From the NCBI RefSeq assembly GCF_009914755.1, contig NC_060925.1: 64,000 bases of DNA; one strand, given 5' to 3'. The notes beneath the pieces were generated by a model. The model had not been told where the DNA came from and ran no database searches. It was given only the letters and a program-made list of their open reading frames with translations. This stretch comes from the human T2T-CHM13v2.0 reference genome, Homo sapiens. Below are positions 1 to 34,842 of this stretch, piece by piece. Position 1 is the stretch's first letter. Each line of letters starts with the position of its first letter. The position numbers were made by a program, and so were the translations under genes.

Positions 1-9391
<9,391 letters not shown>

Positions 9392-9525
9392 TAGCATGCA
9401 AATTTTTACCAGAAACATTAACCAGTAAGAGCTGCCTTACTGAAATTACACACAAAAACAAAATCTATTAAGGCAACAAAGAGTTTGGATGGATAACAAC
9501 ACCTTGATGAACAGACTTATATGAA

Positions 9526-10128
9526 AGTTATCAGAATCAAACTGGAGTAGTAGTAGTGTTTGTTCTGTTTTTTTTTAAACAAAACAAAACAAAAAAAAAA
9601 CACCCTGACAAACAGCCAGGGAAGGCTATGAAGGAAGGGCTGTCATGCGGGTATGCATGATAAAAACTATCACAAAAGACTCTGCAAAAACTACAACCTT
9701 ATACAAAACGTGAAACAAAAACAAGCCAGGTGCATGGTACATACACACCTATAATCCCAGCTACCCAAGAAGCAGGAAGATTGCTTGAACCCAGGAGTTT
9801 ACATCTAGCCTGGGCAACACAGTAACACTGTTTTTTTGGGGGGGTGGTGGGGGTTGTTTTTTTTAAAAAAAAAAAAACTTCTGTGAGGACATCTGCCAGC
9901 AACTGCCGGTCCAACCTCAGAATGGAGGCACTTTATTGACCCTTGTAGCCAAGAATAATTATCTCAAAATAATTATGAAATCCTCCTCATTTTTCCTTTA
10001 AAAACTTTGGTCTTCTTTTACCTCCCTGTATATGCACATGGTTTACTGTAACAACAGAATTCCCACTGCAAAGCCCTATTCCCAAATAAACATTATTTTC
10101 TTTTAGAAAGCCTGTTATTTAGGTAGAC
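9526..10128 (+). mobile_element. ERV1-class LTR (MER67-like) with a small Alu monomer inserted
   Basis: actatcacaaaagactctgcaaaaa motif; AATAAA near the 3' end; terminus ...ttatttaggtagaca. Confidence 0.5.
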
Positions 10129-10643
10129 AAGATCAAAGTATTCAAACCACAGCTATTTCCACTTCTGATTGTTCTGATGAATATGAGACTTGAAAGAAAA
10201 TTCAAATGTCACTGTAAAATGTGATACCAAAAAAATTCATTAGAATATAATCTATGGCACTGAAACAAGGAAGGACATACATGCACACAAACAGTACTGA
10301 AGATACATATGAAGATAGCACCTCAAACTCCAAAACTCCACAGTTTGAGTGCTTAGGTTCAAATCCCAAACCCTCCATTTAGCACCTGTGTGACACCGAG
10401 CAAGATATGAAACCCCTCTGCTTTGATTTGCTTATTTATAGAATGAGGGTTACAGTAACCCTCTGTATAAGGTTGTAGGGAGTACTAATGATAATGAATA
10501 GAGTATCTAGCATGTATCTGGCCCACAGCAAATATCCAATAAATTTTAGTTATTAGTATTACTTCTATAAGAGTTTTTAAAATCACCTAAAGCAGCTCTT
10601 TTCAATCTTCAATATACATACAAACCACCTATGAATCTAGTTA

Positions 10644-10983
10644 CAGTAGTTCCCTCCCCACATCCACAAGCGATACATTCCAAGATCCCCAGTAGATACC
10701 TGAATATGAGGATAGTACCAAACCAGATATATACTATGTTTTTTCAATCTGATAACTGAGATGGCTATTAAGTGATTAACCAGTGGGAAGCATACAAAGT
10801 ATGGACACACTGGACAAAGGGATGATTCACATAACAGGCACGACCAGAGGGACAATAAGAGATTTCATCAGGATACTCAAAAGGGCACACAATTTAAAAC
10901 ATGAATTGTTTATTTCTTGAATTTCCCATTTAGTATGTTCAGCCGAAGGAAAGCGAAACTGAAGAGTGCAGTAGAGACTACTG
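10644..10983. mobile_element. TcMar-Tigger non-autonomous DNA transposon (Tigger3/Golem-like), flanked by MER5-like hAT fragments to about 11490
   Basis: Terminal inverted repeats CAGTAGT...ACTACTG with TA on both sides. Confidence 0.7.
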
Positions 10984-12144
10984 TAAAATGAGATTCTGAT
11001 ATTCAGAATCTGTTATATGAGAGCTCCGAGTGCAGTGTGAAATTTGAATTTCTAGTAAATTCCCTGATAGGTGCCAGGGAACTATAAAGTTACAAGGATG
11101 GTTGTCAAACTTTAGCACACACCAGAATCCTCTAGTGGTTTAGTTTAAAACACATATTTCTGGGTTCCATCTCCAGAGTTGGAGAAAATCTGCATTTGTA
11201 AAATTCCCAAGTGATGCTCTGCTGCTATGCCCAGAACCATATACTGTATTGAGAACTATTGATCAAAGGTTCTCTCATCTAGGATATGTAACAGAATCAC
11301 TTGTAGGGTTTTTGTCTGTTCATTTTGTTTTTTAATGCAGAAGTCCTGACTATACCCAAGTAGTGCTACTCAAAGTGTGGTCTCCTGACGTACTAAATCT
11401 GAAACTCTAAGGGCAGAGCCCAGAAATCTATTATTTAAAACAAACAACTTTCAGGCGATTATGATGAATGATAAATACTGAGAACCACTGCCATATAGCT
11501 ACAAATAAATCAAAATATCCTTGGTGAAATTCTCTTAACTACAGAAAGAGAAGTAGCTACCCATGTGCTTGGCTTAGGTCAAAGTGGAAAATGCTCTGAC
11601 TAGTTCACTAGGTAGAACAGCATTTATTCAAATTTAGAAGTAACTCTATAACCATTACAAAAGTTAGTTCATCTCTCCCCCATTCTTCAGGAGATAATGT
11701 TCCCCTATTGCATGATGTTTCCCCAAAGTCAGACATTTAAACTCTCCAGATTAAAAAACAAGTGATTTTTTTTTAGAAAGTAGGCTAAAACTTTACAATC
11801 ATTTAATTTCCACAAAAGCTCAGCAAATAAAAGATGACTGAAGTACAGGACTGCTAAGTATACACGTCACTCTTAATCATGACCAAAATACCTAATTTCA
11901 ACAACTATTGGCCATTTATAATATTCTGGCCCTAACACTTACTGACTGAAATAACTAAAATTCACTTAAAAAGGAAATTAAGCATATCATCCAGGCATAT
12001 CATAACCATAGGACTTATATGAAAGAAAAATTATGTGCAGGAATACAGTCATAAATCTTTCACTATGACTTTCCTTAAAATTAAGAAAGTGAAATGAGAA
12101 GAAAATACAAAAGGAGAACTCCTGAGAAGAAAGTTGCACTTTAC

Positions 12145-20748
<8,604 letters not shown>

Positions 20749-21414
20749 TCACATGAAACAGTCTGTTACCTTAAATATATAACCTAAAACAACCATCCCT
20801 AAACTTCAAAGATGGCAACCTCAGTAACACAGTAGTAATTAAAACCCTACCGATAACTGAGTTAATAGGCACGTACAAAATGATGAAAAGCAGGATTTTA
20901 TTCTGACCACAGGTGTTGTCAGAGACATAATGGGCCCTCCAAATACTGCCAAAAGTTACTGAAAATACGAAGTCAGGGTGATGAGTAAATGACACCCAGA
21001 GAAAATAGATGGGAGGAGTTCTGTTTCAGGAGACTGGAGTCAGGTACTGCAGCAGAAAACGCGACACAATAGTTAACCGGTCTGGAATACTTTAGAAAAT
21101 GGCAAGAAGGGAAAAACTGACAAGAACATCTTAAAGTAAGAGGAACGGTATCCAATGGAATCATCAGGTCTGCGCGAGCACGGCTCCCGGACTTCCAGTG
21201 AGTGGGACAGGGTGGAACTATCACTGCGTGGGGAGAAGGACCTGGCTGAGGGGTGCATATGCTTTTGCAGGTGGTGGAGCGCCCGCAGGGGGATGGGGAG
21301 GGCAGTGTTGCCTCAATGGGGTTACTGTATTCCCTTCAAGACTATGGGAAGCTGATGCAGCACGTATCCCGGCACCAAGAGGCACTCGCCCCGGGCCCCT
21401 CCCTAACGACTTGC

Positions 21415-21490
21415 CTTGTAGAAAGAGTTGCAGGTCCCAGGCCCCCGGAACCCAAGGCTCCGCCATCCAGGACAACTGCTCTGCCAACGA
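21415..21490 (-). other. ZZZ3: Probable non-coding first exon of ZZZ3 ending at a GC donor (AAG|GCAAGT); TSS approximate
   Basis: Best donor-like site just downstream (minus strand) of the CGCG-motif cluster; it matches the consensus except for GC. Confidence 0.6.
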
Positions 21491-21492
21491 GG

Positions 21493-21545
21493 TCCCGCGA
21501 GAATCGAGAGATCTCGCGATACAAACCCACTCGCATCTCGCGAGC
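21493..21545. promoter_or_regulatory. Three tandem TCTCGCGAGA-like (BANP/ZBTB33, CGCG) elements
   Basis: TCCCGCGAGA at 21493-21502, TCTCGCGATA at 21512-21521, TCTCGCGAGC at 21536-21545. Confidence 0.8.
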
Positions 21546-21777
21546 TTCCACTAGACCCAACATGGCGGTACAGAAAAAAATCAGTATTTCGGAACTTAAA
21601 AAGCACTTCACTAACGGAGTAGTGAACATTTAAAACACTGAGACAGTAGGAAGTCTTTCCGCTTTATACGTCTCCTCCTTTCCCCTTGTACAGAAAAGCA
21701 GAAATCTTAAAAACCTCCGATTACCACGATTATACTACATAAACAGAGCGCAGTGCGCTGCCCCAGGCAGCCTCCCT

Positions 21778-22073
21778 GTCACGTGGAAACATTTTCGGCG
21801 TGCCCGTCACGTGGGCCGCTACTGAGCGAGCGCGCTCCCGACGCCCTCCCAAAAGCCCTCCCCGCCCCCCCTTTCGCCCGCGCACACGTGCGCGCGCACC
21901 CCCGCCCCACGTGGGGGCTTCGCCGTCGCAGCCGTCGCAGCCGTCGCAGTCGTCGCCTCCAGCCCACCCCCTCCCGGTACTTGGCTCCAAATCCGGGTCC
22001 CAAGCCGATCGTTTCCCACCCCCATTCCCTCCCCCTTCATTCTCCCTCCCCCGTGTCTGGCCCTCACCACGTG
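21778..22073. promoter_or_regulatory. Cluster of five CACGTG E-boxes plus an NRF1-like palindrome
   Basis: GTCACGTGG at 21778 and 21806; CACGTG at 21885, 21908 and 22068; GTGCGCGCGCAC at 21888-21899. Confidence 0.7.
21922..21957. repeat. 9-bp tandem repeat (GCCGTCGCA)3 plus a variant copy
   Basis: Read directly from the sequence. Confidence 0.9.
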
Positions 22074-22091
22074 TCCCGAGCTCTTGCTCAC

Positions 22092-22260
22092 CTTTCACGC
22101 GGGGTCGGACGCAACGGGCCACTTGGGGAGGCGCCGCCGCCGTGGCCGCTCTCCGCCCCCGCCACGGCACTTGCTCGGGTGGCCACCGCTGCAGGAAGCT
22201 CGATAGCGGCGCCGCGGCGCTTCCAGGTGGGTCCCCGCCTCCCGCTCCTGCCACTTCCCG
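22092..22260 (-). other. ZZZ3: Candidate upstream alternative first exon (donor AAG|GTGAGC); 5' end uncertain
   Basis: Strong canonical donor at 22091-22086 inside the CpG island. Confidence 0.45.
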
Positions 22261-22312
22261 CAGCACCAGCGGCTCCTTCCGGTCCCCTCCTTTCTCCTCG
22301 TTGGGACTGGCG

Positions 22313-22360
22313 GGCGGCGGCGGCGGCGGCGACCGCTGCTGCTGCTGTTGCTGCTGCTGC
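22313..22360. repeat. Compound trinucleotide repeat (GGC)6-GACC-(GCT)4GTT(GCT)3
   Basis: Read directly from the sequence. Confidence 0.92.
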
Positions 22361-23433
22361 AGGCGCGCTCACTACACCGCCTGCTGGTAACCGCGGCCCG
22401 TGCAGCGCCCGCGGGTCGGGCGCCGCCGAGGCCCTCCCCGGCCAGTCCCTGCCCCTGGGCGAAGTTTGGTCTTCCGAGGGCGGGTTGCAGTCCATCCCTT
22501 GCAACCGTCCAACCTGGCCCTAGCAGAGGAAAGGCGTCCTCGTAGCTCCGCCATTGGAAATCGGCTTCATCCTGCCCTTTGTGGCCTCCTGAGAGATTTG
22601 TAAACCCCACCTCCCTTAGCACTGTGGTCTCAAGCCAGGAGAACATCCATACATGTATTTATGATCGTGCTTCTGCCTCGCCTCGTTCACCTCTGGCTTG
22701 TACCACAGCACGCAGGCTCGAACCACTTCGGGCCTTTGTGCTTGCCGATTTCTCTGGCAGAACATTTCCTCCAGATTTTTTTTAACTCCTCGATGTTCGA
22801 TGCATATTTCAGGTCCCTTCTCAGAGGGCTGCCCAGACCACTGTATCCAAAAAAAGTACACCTGCACCATTGCTTTAACTCTTCACCTGCTTTTATTTCT
22901 TCATAACAGTTACAACTTCCAGACCTTATTTGTCAGTATCCTCACCACCAGAAATGTAAAATTTTTAAAAGCAGGGACTTAGTAAACTGTTTTGCTCATT
23001 GCTGTATCCCCAGAATTGTGTCTGGCACAAAGCAGTGCTCAGTAATATCAAAACAGATCTACCAACTATATTGAGCATGTAGGAAAATAAAGCCCAACAC
23101 ACATTAATGAAGATAAATAACTTCATCATTTATGAGCTGTGGAAAAACAGCTAAACCTCCTTCCGTGGCTATAAAGATTATGTTCCAAAAATATAAAATC
23201 CAGTGGTAGAAGCCGTTAACTGGGGCTCTTCTTTGACAATTGTCCAGTGCTGTTTCATTACTTTTGTTTTCCTTTGCAACACTATTTTTTTTTTCGGGCA
23301 AGTGGATACGTGTTGTGCCTTCTTTTATGTTGCTAATAAAAGTTATTAAATGTTTTAAATGGTGTTTTGTATTTTAGCTTTGAGTTCAACTCAAAGTAAC
23401 ATCTACTTCAAGAAAAAGGGTTACATGTTTTTA

Positions 23434-23839
<406 letters not shown>

Positions 23840-24024
23840 CTAAGACTAGAGATACAAAAATAAACACGTTTCCCTACCTTGCTCTTTCTACTTATAGAGC
23901 CAAATCCTATTATAATAACCATACTTAGCATGCTTTTGATTCCTATGTGCCAGGCCAAATGCTGTGTACTTTTCTATGTTACCCTATTTTAGGCTTCTGA
24001 CAATCCTATGAGATATATACTATT

Positions 24025-24438
24025 TGTGGTAGGCCTTGAGATGCACTTTTCAGACCCCACTTCAGGAATAAAGAACTGAGCTGCTGCTGCCAAGAGTCAT
24101 ACCCACAGCCAGCCATCGGTTGTCAGCCCCTTTCAGGCATGCCAGTGTCACAGAGTCATAATGTTCTCAGAGAGGCCACATCCAGTGACTGATCAATGCA
24201 GGGATAAAAGGCTCAGCCCTCTCACCTCCATTTGGTACAATTCTGATGGATTTTCTCCTCCTGCAGAACAACTTGCAGGATCAGCTAAGGCATTCCATTG
24301 AGACTTCACTGAAGTCCAACTTCTGCCCAGTTCAGCTTTTCTTCCCTCCCACAAGTAATGATCCCAAGAGCATTCCCTAATAAATCTCCTGCACACTAGT
24401 CATGTAAGAGTGTGCTTCCTGGGAACCGAGCCTGTAAT
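24025..24438 (+). mobile_element. LTR16-like ERVL LTR
   Basis: tgtggtag start; 3' end ccctaataaatctcctgcac...gtgcttcctgggaacc is typical of LTR16. Confidence 0.6.
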
Positions 24439-25631
24439 ATTATTTGTATTTTTCTATTGATAAAGCAAGTAACTTGCCCATTTGAACTGCAGAAGTTTCT
24501 ATATAGATACATAAAGTACTGTGGGAGGGGAGGAGGGCTTCTGGGAAGGGCTTCTTACAAGGATTGGCATTTAAGTTACAGGATGACTTTGCTAAGAAGA
24601 AAAAAATAATTCTTGGATGAGGGAACTGCATGAATGAGTATGTGAATGGGAGAAAACTACAAGTAACCCCAAATGGCTGGACTGTAGGGTCTTTGGGGTA
24701 ATCCCTACAGGATAAGGAGAAAGCAGTTCATGGATGGTAAAGAGGGTAGCCAAGAAAAAACTCTAGGCCTGAGAATAACTCTTAGCCAAGTGGAAAGGGA
24801 TGGGAGCCCCTGAGATCCTCAATTAAGAGTAGGAAAGAGAAGCTTCATTGCTCCTGGAAAAGGGAACCACTGCCAACCTTGCTGGCAAATACCACTCCCT
24901 AATTACGACATGTATATTCCTACATGGCCTTTGTTATTTTTTTTTTCTTTTGGAGACAGGATCTCGTTCTGTCGCCCAAGCTGGTGTGCACTGGCACAGT
25001 CTAGGCTCACTGCAGCCTCCTGTGTCCCTTGTAGCTGAGATACGCACCACTGTGCCCAGTTAATTTTTGTATTTTTTATAGAGATGAGGTTTTGCCATGT
25101 TGCCCAGGCTGGTCTCAAAACTCCTGGCCCCAAGCTTCCACCCACCTCAGCCTCCCAAAGTACTGGGATTACAGGCGTGAGCCACCACGCCTGGCCCCCT
25201 TTGTTATTTTGACCTAGGATCACGTTATATTGAAGATGGAAGATACATTAACATCAACTAATTCAGCAGTTTGTACAATATTTTCTGAAGCACTGGAAAT
25301 TTCTTGTATACTCATATTCTTATGCCAGGATCCAATATTTGAGCCAAATAAAACAGGACCTGGGAGGAGGCAACCAGCTGACATTTTCCTCAGTCCCTTA
25401 CCACGACACATAAGATGCTACCTCAGAACACACTTTGAAAATCATTGATGTAGTTCATTCTTTCAACAAATATGCCAGGTGCCATACAAGGTGCTAGAGA
25501 TACAGTGGTGAACAAAGCAAGCACAGGCCCTACTCTGACAGAGCTCACAGTCTAGGGAGGGAGGCTGACATTTAAAATATAATCACATAAATTCAAACTG
25601 GTTAGTACCATTCATGAAAAGTGCAGGTCAC

Positions 25632-27037
<1,406 letters not shown>

Positions 27038-27390
27038 GCGCAGGTCACTATGAGAATATGTCCATATACCCAAAAGTACATACATGTTCTAAAGTACTTC
27101 TGAGGAAGCAACATCCAATCTGAGATGAAGTATGCATTCACCACTTCTAAAGTGTGAATGCATTTAGGAGTTGGGCAAAGGTGGGAAAAACACTCCAGAG
27201 AAAGAGAACAGTTGATGCAAAGCCCCCTACATGGGATGGAAGTTATTATTTATTTACTACTACTACTTACTATTGCCTGAAAGAAACCACTGTTTTTTTT
27301 CCCACGTATATAAAATCTAAGATGAAGTCATATATCCTAATTTCTTTCATTGGATCATAAGCTTTTTTCTATGTCATTAAATATTCTTCA

Positions 27391-27603
<213 letters not shown>

Positions 27604-28647
27604 TTACCTGAGCCAAGGAGTTTGAGGCTGCAGTGAGCTATGATCATGCCACTGCAGCCCAGCCTGAGCCAACACAGTGGGACCCCATCTCTAAAAAATA
27701 AAAATAAACCCTGATAAATGATTGCATAATTTATTTAACCACTTTTCTGTTTGGGGGCACTATCATGGCATTATGATTGGTTTAATAAGTGCCCTCATGT
27801 CCAAACGCAGTATATGTCCAGATCTTTTGGGGGCTGAATCTCTTAAGATTTGGGTGGTTGAATTAGTGGGAAGTGAAAGGAGAGTCTAGGCTTGGGTGAC
27901 CACGGAGATGGAGGTGTTATTGATGACCACAGAAAATACTAAAGTAGGAGCAAGTTTAGATGGGGTAATGATGTGTTTCATTAGAGTATACTGAGTTTCA
28001 GGCAACCCCAGTACATCTAAATGAAGAACCCAAGAGTCAGTTAGATACATGTCGAGGATGCTGGCTTCAGGTCTGAGCTGGAAGTACAGGTTTGTGAGTC
28101 TTTAGCTTAGAAATAGTTAACTGGAACCTGAGGTTTAGATTTGGTTACCCAGGGAGAGCAGAGTGAGAAAAACAAAATCAAGAACAAAACCCTGAGAAGC
28201 ACTGACATTGTTGAGGTCAAGGAAGAAAGTAAAAACTACAAAGGAGAAATGAGGGACCAGAACTGTAAAGGAAAACTGAACAGTGGTAACCAAAAACCAG
28301 TGAGGAAGAAATTTGAAAATGGAGTCCTAAATGTGAACTTATTAGACAAATTTACCAGGAACCTATTTTGTCTCATACATTATGTTAAACACAAGGGGGT
28401 GAACAAGACAAAACCTTTTGGTGCCTACTGTCTGGTGGGGAAGACATTGCTGTACATCACCAAAAAGGCCATATTTTTAATAACTATACCTTGCTTCTTT
28501 CTAAAAAGACATGTAGCTTACCCAAAAAAATCAGTATAATAGGTAAAATACAATTCAAAATAATTAAAATGGGAAATTTAGGGCAAAAAGAAAATAGAAA
28601 CAAAAATGATGCACAAAAATACATGCTTGGTTGGATGCACTGGCTCA

Positions 28648-28881
<234 letters not shown>

Positions 28882-29655
28882 CTAGGCAACACTGCACAAC
28901 TGTCTCAAAATAAATAATTTAAAAAAACAAAAACAAAAACCATGCTCTAAGGTCCTGAACACTTGCTTTAAGCTTTGTAGCAGATGTTGTAACAAGGAAA
29001 AACAAAATCAGTTATAACAGGTTCAGTATGCCTAGGGTAACAAATATTTTGCCCACAGGAGGCATTACTACTCCAGGACTAAGACTAAAGATGAATTTCT
29101 CTCAGTTTCTCACAACGACAACATCATGTGAAGAGTATCCTTAACAGCATCTTTCTAGTAAATCCAACAGTTAATTTTATAGGACTCCTTATTACAACAT
29201 CTCTCAGTCTAGGCTGAAAGCAATTCTGTGGGCTTGGAAGAGGTAAACAGCATATCCTAGGTAGGAAACTCTTATAGTCTGTGTGTGTGTGTATGTGTGT
29301 GTGTGTGTATGTGTGTGTTTCAAATTAGCATGACTTCAACCCTAAAAACCAGCATTTCTGCGTAAATTTCCTAACAAGGTTGTTCTCCTATGTTACTGGT
29401 TATCATACTCAAGAAACTTAACATTGATATATTACCTAATATCTAATACATATTCTATATTCAAATTTCCTAAACTGTTCCAATATTGTTCCTTAGATAT
29501 TATCTTTTCCAATCCAGGGCCCAACCTAGGATCACACATTGCATTTAGTAGTCATGTTCTCTTAATCTTCATCTAGCCTTTTTCTGTCTATCATAACACT
29601 AATTTTTTAGAATCCAGGCAAGCTGGGTTTATAAAATATGCCTTTAAAAAAATTA

Positions 29656-29982
<327 letters not shown>

Positions 29983-30247
29983 TCACGCCTGTAAGCCCAG
30001 CACTTTGAGAGGCAGAGGCAGGTGGATCACTTGAGGTCAAGAGTTTGAGACCAGCCTGACCAACACGGTCAAACCCAGTCTCTACAAAAATACAAAAATT
30101 AGCTAGGTGGGGTGGCGTGCGCCTATAGTCACAGCTACTCAGGAGGCTGAGGCAGAAGAATCACTTGAACTGAGCCAAGATCATACCACTGCACTGCAGC
30201 CTGGGCAACAGAGTGAGACTCTGTCTCGAAAAAAAAAAAAATTATCT

Positions 30248-31505
<1,258 letters not shown>

Positions 31506-31697
31506 AGTTATCTTGCTTCTCTTCTCTTCATAGATTCAGATTCAACATTTTTGACAGGACTCTTACATAAATAATGTTGCATCCTTAGAAATTACACATT
31601 TTGGGCCTAGCACGTGGTGGCTCACGCCTGTAATCCCAGCACTTTGGGAGGCTGAGGCGGGTGGATCACTTGAGGTCAGGAGTTTGAGACCAGCCTA

Positions 31698-31883
<186 letters not shown>

Positions 31884-32014
31884 TCAAAAAAAAAAAAAAA
31901 AGAAATTACACATTTTGAAAAGGAGAAAGAGAATGATGAATTACATCACCGAGTGCCAATTATGTTGTATATATTATATATAATACACATAATTATCATA
32001 ATCCTATGATTAAG

Positions 32015-32420
32015 TGTGGCAGCCATGAAGATTGCTGTTCAGACCCCTCTTCCAGAAAGCACTTGCTGCGCAGCTGAGAGGAAGAGGGTTGGGTAACAAC
32101 CTCTGTTAGCTCCATCAGGGTCAAGCTGAGTGTATTCTCCTTTCCAGGTAGCCACTAGTCAGTGACAGAACAAGGCCTAGTGACAGTACAAGGACCTAGT
32201 CATTTCTGCCCAATGCAGGGCTCCTCCAATGGGTAATCTTAGCTCCATATTGCCTTATGGAGACCTGGCAGAGAATTTGTCAGGTCTGCATCATTCTGGT
32301 TACTCCTCCTGCTCAATCCTGTTTCTCTCATTTCTTTCATCTGTGTTATTCCCCAACAAATCATATGCATGCATTAACACTATCTCAGTGTCTGCTTCCT
32401 GGAAAGCCCAAACTACAACA
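32015..32420 (+). mobile_element. LTR16-like ERVL LTR
   Basis: tgtggcagcc start; ends tctcagtgtctgcttcctggaaagcccaaactacaaca. Confidence 0.6.
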
Positions 32421-32513
32421 TTCTCATTTAGCAAATGAAGAAAACTGGAAATCAGAGAACTTTAAATATTGTTCCAAATCATAGTTAATATAGCTACTAG
32501 GACTTGAATTTAA

Positions 32514-32877
<364 letters not shown>

Positions 32878-33381
32878 TAGACTCTTAACACATATAGGCT
32901 CTCACTAGCCTTTGATTGCAATTTTCCTAATTCTCAGCTTATTTCCAGGAAAATCATCCTTAGAGAAACTATTTATTTTATCCCACATCTGTCAACACAT
33001 AGATCAATTTTTAGCTATGAGTCTATGGTATTGCTAGACCTTTACTGAACATATTATGTATTTTGACAATTATAATGTAAAAAAAATTGGCCGGTCATGG
33101 TGGTTCACGCCTGTAATCCCAACACTTTGGGAGGCCAAGGCGGGTGGATTGCTTGAGTTCAGGAGATCGAAACCAGCCTGGGTGACATGGCAAAATGCTG
33201 CCTCTACAAAAAATACAAGAATTAGCTGGGTGTGGTGGCATATTCTTGTAGTTCCAGCTACTCAGGATGCTGAGGTGGGAGAATTGCTTGAGCCCAGGAG
33301 GTCGAGGTCGCATGTGAGCTGAGATTGCACCACTGCACTCCAGCCTGAGCGACAGAGTGAGACCCTGTCTCGAAAAAACTA

Positions 33382-33417
<36 letters not shown>

Positions 33418-34389
33418 GCTCTTAGGGACCAGTATCTTTATCTTATTATATATCCCAATAACAGACACTACTGATATGACTGATACCACAACCAGTTTCA
33501 AAGGAATTCATTGGGGATTACATTATGGTAAATAATTTTCTGACTACTAGTCTCAATTTAAAATAGGCTCTTTATTATATAAAGCCATGAGTTGGAGTCC
33601 TGTATCTGCCACTTCTTTGCTGTATGACTTTGGGCAAACCATTTAACCTATATCATAGAGTTGTTAGGAGGATTAAATATAAGGAAATAACTTTAGTAAA
33701 ATGACTGAAACATTCTAAGTTTCAATAAATAACAATCATTAAAATCAAATCTTTTTTGACTAACCACTAAATACTAGACAATACACTAAATTCTGGTGAT
33801 TCACAAAAAATCAGTAACATTCAGACCTTGAGGAAGATCATATTTTACTATAGTAGAATCATATTTTACTATATATTTTTTAAAACTTCAAATAGATCTT
33901 AAATGGCTGCTTATTAAAATTCATTTCATTAAACATCAAAATTTTACTACACTGATTACCAGCCCAAGCAATAAAGTCAGACTTTACAAAAAATAAAACA
34001 AATTATCCAGGTGTGGTGGTGCACACCTGTGGTCTCAGGTACTCAGGAGGCTGAGGTGGGAGGATCGCTTGATCCCAGGAGATGGAGACTGCAGTGAGCT
34101 GTATTCAACGCCAGGCACTCCAGTCTGGGTGACAGAGCTCGAGAGACCCTGTCTAAAAAAAAAATAAAATAATAAATAAAAACCAACTTTACTAGACTGA
34201 ATGACTTGTTTGCATACTTCTGATTAAGAAATAACAAGAGGCCGGGTGCAGTGATTCACACCTATAACCCCAGCTTTTTGGGAGGCCGAGGTGGCTGGAT
34301 CACTTCAGCCCAGGAGTTTGAAACCAGCCTGAGCAAAATAGCAAAACCCCATCTCTACCAAAAAAAGAGATAAAAATTAGCCAGTCTCA

Positions 34390-34707
<318 letters not shown>

Positions 34708-34836
34708 TCAAAAGAATAGATAAATAAAATAAAATAGGAACAGCAAGAAGGTATTAATATTAACAAACTTTGCACCTTTTACCTTTAACATCTATCAAAT
34801 AAATTCAACATTCAAGTTTTACATTTTAAAGACATT

Positions 34837-34842
34837 TTTATT
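34837..34842 (-). terminator. USP33: Distal poly(A) signal AATAAA of USP33
   Basis: Plus-strand tttatt, followed in the transcript direction by U/GU-rich sequence (ttgaatgttgaattt). Confidence 0.75.

Larger units (their letters stand above)
21140..22720. promoter_or_regulatory. ZZZ3: CpG island promoter (ZZZ3 5' end by known gene order)
   Basis: Very high GC and CpG content with CGCG motifs, E-boxes, NRF1-like, YY1-like and GC boxes. The island is certain; the gene name is inferred from the USP33-ZZZ3 adjacency at 1p31.1. Confidence 0.85.

Noticed and set aside
21730-22646. Long ORFs (up to 256 aa, with poly-Ala/Cys/Arg runs) across the CpG island
   Set aside because: Open in many frames on both strands, mostly with non-ATG starts and low complexity. 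This is expected from stop-codon scarcity in GC-rich DNA, and no domain is recognisable.
28141-28539. 132-aa lysine-rich ORF
   Set aside because: Non-ATG start, lies in decayed L2-like purine-rich sequence, and has no recognisable domain.
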